This document shows, piece after piece, positions 57,672-64,000 of a stretch of DNA of 64,000 nucleotides. The position numbers and the translations under genes are program-made. Under the pieces are notes generated by a model. That model did not search any database and was not told where the DNA came from. It worked only from the letters and a program-made list of their open reading frames with translations. How positions within the stretch are numbered: position 1 is the first letter of the stretch; the number at the start of each line of letters is the position of its first letter. Where the stretch lies: NCBI GenBank assembly GCA_026705445.1, contig JAPPAR010000001.1, forward strand, positions 8,030-72,029. The letters are read 5' to 3'. Origin of the DNA: Candidatus Dadabacteria bacterium. GTDB lineage: Bacteria > Desulfobacterota_D > UBA1144 > Nemesobacterales > Nemesobacteraceae.

Positions 57672-59825
57672 GTGGCTTCTTCGGTAACGGACATTTCGAG
57701 CAAGAGGTTCCCGCTTCGCCCTTCTGAGCGGTATATCAACAGGGAGCTTTCCTGGCTTGATTTCAATCTGCGGGTTTTGGAGACGGCGGCCAGCAAGAAT
57801 GTTCCGCTTCTTGAGAGGGTGCGCTTTCTCTCCATCTCCGCAAGCAATCTCGATGAGTTCTACATGGTAAGGGTAGCGGGTCTTGCGGGACAGGTTATGG
57901 AAGGTGTGACCGACCGCAGCAAAGACGGCCTTACACCCTCCCAGTAGCTCGAAGCCATAAGGGGGAAGGTCCGTTCCCTGCTTGACAGCCAGTACGAGTG
58001 CGAAAAGGAACTGTTTTCCCTCTGCAAGAAGGCGGGGATCAAGATCGTAACTCCCGAGAAACTTGACCGCTCGGGCGCGAAGTGGCTCTCCGAGTGGTTC
58101 TCGAATAAGCTTTTCCCGGTTCTTACCCCGCTTGCCATAGACCCGGCGCATCCGTTCCCCTTCATACAGAGTGAGCGCCTTGTATGCGCCGTGCAGCTAA
58201 GCCGCGCCGAGGACGGAAAGCGCATGAAGGGTCTTATACTGCTGCCTTCCCAGGTGGAGCGCTTCATAGAGGTTCCGGGAGGAAAAAAAGTACAGTTTGT
58301 TCCGATCGAGAAGGTTATCGAGCACAACATGAAATTCCTTTTCCCGGGTTTTGAGGTTGAGGACAACGGAATCTTCCAGATCACCCGCGACAGCCTTCTT
58401 GAGATAGACGAGGACGCGGAAGACCTGGTAGAGACGTTTGAGACGGCGCTTAAGCAGCAGCGCAGGGGAGGCTCCGTGATCAGGGTTGACGTCAACGCGG
58501 ATATGCCGGATGCGATAGTTGACTTCATAATGGAGAAGATTGAGGCCCACGACGCGCATTTTTTCAGGATCAAGGGGATGCTCGGGCTTGAAAGCGTGAA
58601 ACAGATAATAATCGATGAGCGAAGCGACCTTCTTTACAAGCGCATGAATATCCGCTACCCCGAGAGGGTAAGGGAATTCGGGGGCGACGTAATAGCCGCC
58701 ATACAGCAGAAGGATTTCGTCGTTCACCACCCTTACGAGAGTTTCGACGTCGTCGTTGAGTTCCTGAAGCAGGCCGCGGCGGACCCGGCGGTCGTCGCGA
58801 TCAAGCAGACGCTTTACCGCACCTCGGAAGACTCCCCGATAGTGAAAAGGCTCATAGAGGCCGCCGAGACCGGAAAATCCGTAACTGCCATGGTGGAGCT
58901 AAAGGCCCGTTTCGATGAGGAGGCCAACATTCGCTGGGCGCACGATCTCGAGGACGCGGGGGTTCAGGTCGTGTACGGATTCATCGATCTTAAGACCCAC
59001 GCCAAGGTGTCTCTTGTGGTGAGAAGGGAGGGTTCTGACATCCGCACCTACACCCACTATGGCACCGGCAACTATCACCCCGTAAACGCCAAGATATATA
59101 CTGACCTCAGCTACTTCACGGCCGACGAGGCGCTGGGTCGCGACGCCGCCAAGCTTTTTAACTACATGACCGGCTACGCCACTCCTAAGAAGATGGAGAG
59201 GATATTCTTCTCTCCCGTAACGATGCGCCCGAAGGTGCTTGAATTGATAAGGGACGAGGTAGACCACGCGAAGGCCGGCCGTCCCGCGGTTATATGGGCC
59301 AAGATGAACTCCCTTGTGGACAGCAAGATAATAGACGCGCTTTACGCGGCGAGCCGCGCGGGGGTGCGCGTCGAGCTTTTCGTTCGGGGAATATGCTGCC
59401 TGCGGCCCGGGATGCCTGGGCTCTCCGAGAACATAAGGGTGAAGAGCATCGTGGGACGTTTCCTCGAGCACAGCAGGGTCATCTGCTTCGGCGCGGGGGA
59501 AGGGCTTCCCTCTAATGCCTGCAAGGTCTTCATCTCGTCCGCAGACTGGATGCCCCGCAATCTTGACCGCAGGGTGGAGTCGCTTGTTCCGATCGAAAAC
59601 GCCACCGTGAAAAAGCAGCTCGTTGAGCAGGTGATGGTCGCTAACTTAAACGATGTAGCTAACAGCTGGGAAATGCTTCCCGACGGTTCTTTCCGCAAGC
59701 TTAAAAGCGATGCGGACAGCTTCTCGGCTCACAAGTACTTTATGACTAACCCCAGTCTTTCGGGACGAGGCAAGGCGCTTGCCGAATCCAGGCCGGTAAT
59801 GCCGGCTGAGTTTGTGCAGGAATAA
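57672..59825 (+). pseudogene. ppk: Polyphosphate kinase 1 interrupted by an in-frame TAG at 57945-57947 (codon 92); the frame reopens and continues to 59825
   Basis: The N-terminal segment [18 protein letters not shown]...[20 protein letters not shown] and the downstream ORF are collinear with PPK1 in the same frame. The TAG is read directly in the sequence (TPSQ*LEAIRGKV). Confidence 0.6.
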
Positions 59826-60024
59826 TTCATGGCAGAGATTCTTTTCCCCGCCTCACCCTTCGGCAAAAACGGAAGTATGCGTGTATTATCTTAAGTTCAG
59901 GAGATAAAGCTGGCAGTGTGTAGTGATTAAAAATCAAGCAATCTTTTACAAAATTTGAAACCACGATTAAAAAAAGGATAATTGTTATCAAGTTATTTGA
60001 GTGATTCAGGAGGAGATTTAAAAC

Positions 60025-60243
60025 ATGGACCCCGAGAAACAACTTAAGTCCGAGGATAAGAAGAAAGATATAGATGATCAGTCGTTTGAACATCTGCATC
60101 GTAATTTGTTTGACCATCCGAACGACGAAGAATGGAGTGCGACTCGCTCACTGGCCCAACCTTCATTTCTCAAGCAGATTAACAGCCACGGTAGTGCCCA
60201 CAGCCAACCAATGAAGGTTTCCCCAACCACTTCCGAACAATAA
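60025..60243 (+). CDS. Small acidic, His-containing hypothetical protein, translationally coupled (TAATG) to the downstream peptidase
   Basis: 72-aa ORF in a low-GC insertion. Its stop overlaps the next start by 1 nt. Confidence 0.35.
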   Translation: MDPEKQLKSEDKKKDIDDQSFEHLHRNLFDHPNDEEWSATRSLAQPSFLKQINSHGSAHSQPMKVSPTTSEQ

Positions 60244-61151
60244 TGCCTAACTGGTCAGAAGTACTGAACGAGATCAGGAATCTTGACGCTAAACTAATAT
60301 CCCAGTCAGCGCCTGATCAGGTTCGTCGCAAATATCTTAAAAACCTGTTTGAAAAAACCGGTCGCAATACTGTTGCCTACTATTCGGGCTGGCTGTCAAA
60401 GCCCAATATAGAAGGCATTCATATTAACGACGAAGATAAGAACGGCTTTATGATGGCTGTTCATGAGCTTGACCGTTCAGTTGGACTTGACTTAATTCTG
60501 CATACCCCGGGTGGAGAGCTTCACGCAACGGAATCAATTATTCATTATCTTCACCAGATGTTTAATGACGACATTCGCGTTATCGTACCACAGATAGCCA
60601 TGTCGGGTGGTACCCTTATTGCGTGTTCCAGCAAGCAGATACTGATGGGCGCTCATTCAAACCTGGGTCCGATTGATCCACAGTTACGGGGAGTGCCCGC
60701 ATATGGTGTAATTGAGGAATTTCGAACTGCTGCGGCACAGATTAAGGAAGACCCCAGCAAAGTCCATGTTTGGAATCCAATTCTCTCCAAGTATCATCCG
60801 ACATTTCTCAGCCAATGCAAAAACGCAATTGAACATAGCAGCGAAGTTGCCCAAAACTACCTAGAAAGAGTTATGTTTAAGGGTGTTGCTGACAGGAGGA
60901 AGATTGCCGAGAAAATTGTCAAAGGTCTGACTGATTACTCAGGCAACAAATCCCATGCCAGGCACATTCATATCGATGAATGCAAAGCTCTTGGATTAAA
61001 AGTTTCGGAGTTTGAATCCGATCAAGAGCTGCAGGAACTTGTTTTAACCGTGCATCATGCGTTTATCCATACCCTTATGAATACACCATCGGTTAAAATC
61101 ATCGAAAATCACCTTGGTCGAGCTTTGATCAAGACTTTCGTATCAGGGTAG
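60243..61151 (+). CDS. ClpP/SppA-class serine peptidase (SDH 'serine dehydrogenase proteinase'-like, S49-like)
   Basis: LHTPGGELHA (compare ClpP/SppA xSPGG) and a catalytic-Ser context IAMSGGTLIA (compare SppA AASGGY). 302 aa with no TM segment. GC about 45%. Confidence 0.55.
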   Translation: MPNWSEVLNEIRNLDAKLISQSAPDQVRRKYLKNLFEKTGRNTVAYYSGWLSKPNIEGIHINDEDKNGFMMAVHELDRSVGLDLILHTPGGELHATESIIHYLHQMFNDDIRVIVPQIAMSGGTLIACSSKQILMGAHSNLGPIDPQLRGVPAYGVIEEFRTAAAQIKEDPSKVHVWNPILSKYHPTFLSQCKNAIEHSSEVAQNYLERVMFKGVADRRKIAEKIVKGLTDYSGNKSHARHIHIDECKALGLKVSEFESDQELQELVLTVHHAFIHTLMNTPSVKIIENHLGRALIKTFVSG

Positions 61152-61327
61152 CAATAGCCGTTATGGCTAGACTGCTTCAAATAGAGAGTTTTTCCGACAT
61201 TACGACAGGTCTAGGACGGATGAAGCTGCTTAATGCTATGGACAATCTGAATACCTGGAAACGAGGTGACAACCGAAAAATCCTTGCTTTTTCTATCTGC
61301 GCTTGTTGAGCAAGCCGGGAACAATCC

Positions 61328-62860
61328 ATGACAGAAATCTCTCCTCCCGCCACGCCGTTCGGCAAGGCCGGAACCGTGGCGGTAATTGACGTGGGATCGA
61401 ATTCCATACGTCTTGTGATCTACAAGGGCCCTAGGCGCGCCCCGCTTCCGATACTTGATGAGAAGGTTCCCTGCGGCTTGGGGCGCGGGATGGATTCTCA
61501 GGGCAGGATGTCTCCGCAGAGCATGGATCTCGCCCTGCGAACTGTAAGCCGCTTTGTCGATATCGCGCGGTCCATGAGGGTTTCCGGCGGAATAAAGGCG
61601 GTTGCCACCGCTGCGGTGAGAAACGCCGCAAATGGCCCCGATTTCAAAAAGGCCGTTGAGCAGCAATGCGGGATTTCTCTTCGGGTGCTCTCCGGCATGG
61701 ACGAGGCTAGGCTTTCTGCTCTTGGCACTCTCTGCGCTATCCCTGACGCTGACGGCGTAATGGGGGACATAGGCGGCGGAAGCCTTGAATTGGTGGAGAT
61801 CTGCGAGGGGGAAATAGGAAACCACGCTACATTGCCGCTTGGCACGATACCGCTTCTTGAAAGCGGTCTGAGTCCCGTGAAAGCCCGCAAGAAACTGATT
61901 GCCCCCCTCCTTGACGAGCTTCCCTGGCTTGAGAACGCGAAAAAGAAGACCTTCTACGCCGTCGGGGGTTCGTGGAGAGCCTTGGCTAAAAAACACATGG
62001 AGTCTGATGATTACCCGCTTCGAATAGTTCACGGCTACAGTCTTTCCAGATCAAGGGCAGTTGATATGGTCCGGGAGATAGCCGAGATGTCTTCAGGTTC
62101 GCTTCAGGACCTCTGGATTCTGGGGCGAAACAGGGTGGAGTCTGCTCCTTACGCCGCCACGCTTATGAAGAGTCTTTTAAAAAAAACGGACGTTAACAAC
62201 CTTACGTTCTGCACGTACGGGCTTCGGGAGGGATGCATATACGACGATCTTTCCCCGGAGCAGCGTTCTCTGGATCCTCTGGTTGTCATGTGTGAGGAGA
62301 TTGCCCTTAAGATGGGAAGATCCATTGAGGAGGGCAAGGCTTTCTGCAGGTGGATAGATCTGGCGATTCCTGATAAATACTCTAGGGACCCGAGGTTGAG
62401 ACTCGCTGCATGCCATCTCTCGGACATAGGAATTTCCGAGCATCCGGAGTACCGCGCGGAGCAGGTGTTTTTGAGGATACTGCGGATGCCGTTTGTGGGA
62501 ATTGCTCATCCGGAGAGGGTGATGGTAGCTCTGTCGGTGGCCTCAAGGCACGCAGCGATCGGAAACTTGGTCCGTCGCTGGGAAGTCTCGGATTTTCTTT
62601 CCGGAGACGATATTGAAGAAGCTAGGGTTACGGGGCTTGCGCTTCGCCTGGCCTACACGGTTTCAGGAGGAGTGGCGCGGATTCTTGAGAGCACTAGGCT
62701 TGAGAGGACCGGAGAAAAACTTGTTTTACATATGCCTGACCAGATTCCACATCCGGAAACTGTAGGTAGGCGTCTGGGCGCCCTTGCCAAGGCCGTCGGA
62801 TGCGATTACGAGACGATTGCAGGGGAGGTGTCTTTGGTTAGAACAGCAAGATTTATGTAA
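61328..62860 (+). CDS. ppx: Exopolyphosphatase (Ppx/GppA family)
   Basis: N-terminal AVIDVGSNSIRLVIY and the ASKHA fold typical of Ppx/GppA. 510 aa. Confidence 0.85.
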   Translation: MTEISPPATPFGKAGTVAVIDVGSNSIRLVIYKGPRRAPLPILDEKVPCGLGRGMDSQGRMSPQSMDLALRTVSRFVDIARSMRVSGGIKAVATAAVRNAANGPDFKKAVEQQCGISLRVLSGMDEARLSALGTLCAIPDADGVMGDIGGGSLELVEICEGEIGNHATLPLGTIPLLESGLSPVKARKKLIAPLLDELPWLENAKKKTFYAVGGSWRALAKKHMESDDYPLRIVHGYSLSRSRAVDMVREIAEMSSGSLQDLWILGRNRVESAPYAATLMKSLLKKTDVNNLTFCTYGLREGCIYDDLSPEQRSLDPLVVMCEEIALKMGRSIEEGKAFCRWIDLAIPDKYSRDPRLRLAACHLSDIGISEHPEYRAEQVFLRILRMPFVGIAHPERVMVALSVASRHAAIGNLVRRWEVSDFLSGDDIEEARVTGLALRLAYTVSGGVARILESTRLERTGEKLVLHMPDQIPHPETVGRRLGALAKAVGCDYETIAGEVSLVRTARFM

Positions 62861-62956
62861 GATTTAGAAGATTAAAAGCCTCTGTATATTTACCTTGTAC
62901 TATCGAAAAAAGCTTATAATTCTTACAGAAAATATCAATCAGAAGGGTAAAAGGAA

Positions 62957-63484
62957 TTGAACATCGACTCGCTAATAGACTTTACCAATGAAGCTACTAA
63001 AGAAATAGCCAAGTATAAACGTGATTTTATACTGTCTCAGCCGAAAATGATAAAGAAGGATAAAAAATACATTATTTCTACTCTTGATTGGAACTCTGTT
63101 AGCTATGGTCCTGCAGAAGTGAATAAGGTTCCGAATGATAAACGTGGTATATACGCTTTTGCGATTTGTCAAAAGAGTGCTGTGTTACCGCCACACGGGT
63201 ATATTTTATATATAGGAATTGCGGGTCGTGATTCAAAACGCTCACTTAGAAAGCGCTATAAAGACTACCTGAATGAGCACGAAGTTAGAAAACGTGATGG
63301 GATCGCACGAATGATTGGGACATGGCATAAAGTCCTAAGGTTCTTCTTTGCTCCGGTAGATGACAATGTTTCTTCTGATGATCTCAAGAAATTGGAACAA
63401 CAGTTAAATACGGCACTTATGCCACCGTTCTCTATAAACGATTTGGAAGCTGATACGAAGAGAAAGATAAGGGCGTTCAAGTGA
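62957..63484 (+). CDS. GIY-YIG-like nuclease-domain protein
   Basis: RGIYAF ... YILYIGIAGRDSKRSLRKRYKDYLNEHE fits GIY...YIG...R..R...H/E spacing. Low-GC region. The stop overlaps the next start (GTGA). Confidence 0.4.
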   Translation: MNIDSLIDFTNEATKEIAKYKRDFILSQPKMIKKDKKYIISTLDWNSVSYGPAEVNKVPNDKRGIYAFAICQKSAVLPPHGYILYIGIAGRDSKRSLRKRYKDYLNEHEVRKRDGIARMIGTWHKVLRFFFAPVDDNVSSDDLKKLEQQLNTALMPPFSINDLEADTKRKIRAFK

Positions 63485-64000
63485 GGAAAATCAAGCCAAA
63501 AAAAATTATCTTACCTGCTCTCCGCGGTATTATGGGTGATTGGGTGTACTATTCCTGTCTTTTAGATTTGCGAGAATTGAGTTTAAGAGTTGATTATGCA
63601 AAGGAAATTCATAATAACGAAAAGCTTTCGGACATGATACAGAGAAGGTTAGAAGAGTACCGAGGTAAACTAATTGCCGAATATCTCCATATGCAACCGG
63701 AGCGGTTTTTCAATTCTCTTATTGTTGCTGTATATGGTGGTCAGCCCAATTGGCATGCATTGTCCGATGTTCGGAGTAAAGGGGAGAATGACGAACTCAA
63801 GAACCTTACTGAATCGACTATTGCTTCAGTAGGGTTCTTAACTCTTAGCGGAGACGAGAAACTCTTTGCACTAGATGGACAACACCGGCTTGCGGGCATC
63901 AAAAAGGCCATCGAAGATGGCCTCATTCAAGATACTTATGATGAGGTATCAGTTATCTTGGTTGCGCATAAGAATACAAAAAGAGGTTTAGAAAGGACAC
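63481..64000 (+). CDS. DGQHR-domain (DndB/DpdB-like, ParB-fold) protein, N-terminal part; the gene continues past the window end
   Basis: Manual translation from the GTG at 63481 gives ...LFALDGQHRLAGIKKAIEDG..., the defining DGQHR motif. The frame is open to the window edge and is absent from the ORF table. Confidence 0.55.
   Translation, partial: MRKIKPKKIILPALRGIMGDWVYYSCLLDLRELSLRVDYAKEIHNNEKLSDMIQRRLEEYRGKLIAEYLHMQPERFFNSLIVAVYGGQPNWHALSDVRSKGENDELKNLTESTIASVGFLTLSGDEKLFALDGQHRLAGIKKAIEDGLIQDTYDEVSVILVAHKNTKRGLERT

Noticed and set aside
57945-57947. Programmed stop-codon readthrough or an alternative genetic code at the ppk1 TAG
   Set aside because: pgk terminates with TAG, followed by an appropriate intergenic gap. 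That leaves a mutation or a sequencing error.
57609-58573. Two minus-strand ORFs (180 and 237 aa) overlapping ppk1
   Set aside because: They are antisense to the PPK1 reading frame, which is collinear with known PPK1 over its full length.
61211-62032. 273-aa minus-strand ORF overlapping ppx
   Set aside because: It is antisense to a well-supported Ppx/GppA gene and has no motif. It is a GC-rich frame artefact.
1-64000. CRISPR arrays and rRNA genes
   Set aside because: No regularly spaced direct repeats and no rRNA-like conserved segments were seen in intergenic regions.

Overview
This window is a 64-kb bacterial chromosomal segment of roughly 55-58% GC in which nearly all genes are housekeeping genes, interrupted by several short low-GC (about 40-45%) accessory insertions. 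The core set comprises two NifS-like cysteine desulfurases, cofE (F420-0:glutamate ligase) with a luciferase-like F420-type oxidoreductase, argC, an RND efflux pump, gap-pgk-class I fba and a class I fbp, cvpA, a polyprenyl synthase, the mutA-mutB-meaB-rimI methylmalonyl-CoA mutase operon, queC-queE, a tandem-domain thyX, xseA, cca, a hipBA toxin-antitoxin pair, a split atpZ/I-B-E operon, hemL, pal-cpoB, ispE, tRNA-Gln(UUG), uvrD/pcrA, selO, dnaE and a polyphosphate cluster (CYTH-CHAD protein, ppk1, ppx). Accessory or unusual content is: (1) a 1.29-kb tnpB-only element bounded by 25-bp inverted repeats whose end supplies the argC start codon; (2) a low-GC two-gene cassette encoding an OLD/ABC-type AAA ATPase with an LLQQPEVHLHP Walker-B region plus a small PIN-like protein, which is the best candidate for an undescribed defence-like system; (3) a low-GC insertion between ppk1 and ppx carrying a small protein translationally coupled (TAATG) to a ClpP/SppA-class SDH serine peptidase; (4) at the 3' edge, a GTGA-coupled GIY-YIG-like plus DGQHR (DndB/DpdB-like) gene pair truncated by the window; (5) a secreted protein with two SRCR domains and an Ig-like domain, preceded by a truncated, diverged duplicate of its 3' half, and followed by a Cache-domain secreted protein containing a C10 homopolymer; (6) ppk1 interrupted by an in-frame TAG, although TAG is used as an ordinary stop by pgk; (7) a sirtuin homologue with substituted NAD-binding and catalytic residues. 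No CRISPR array or rRNA gene was seen.
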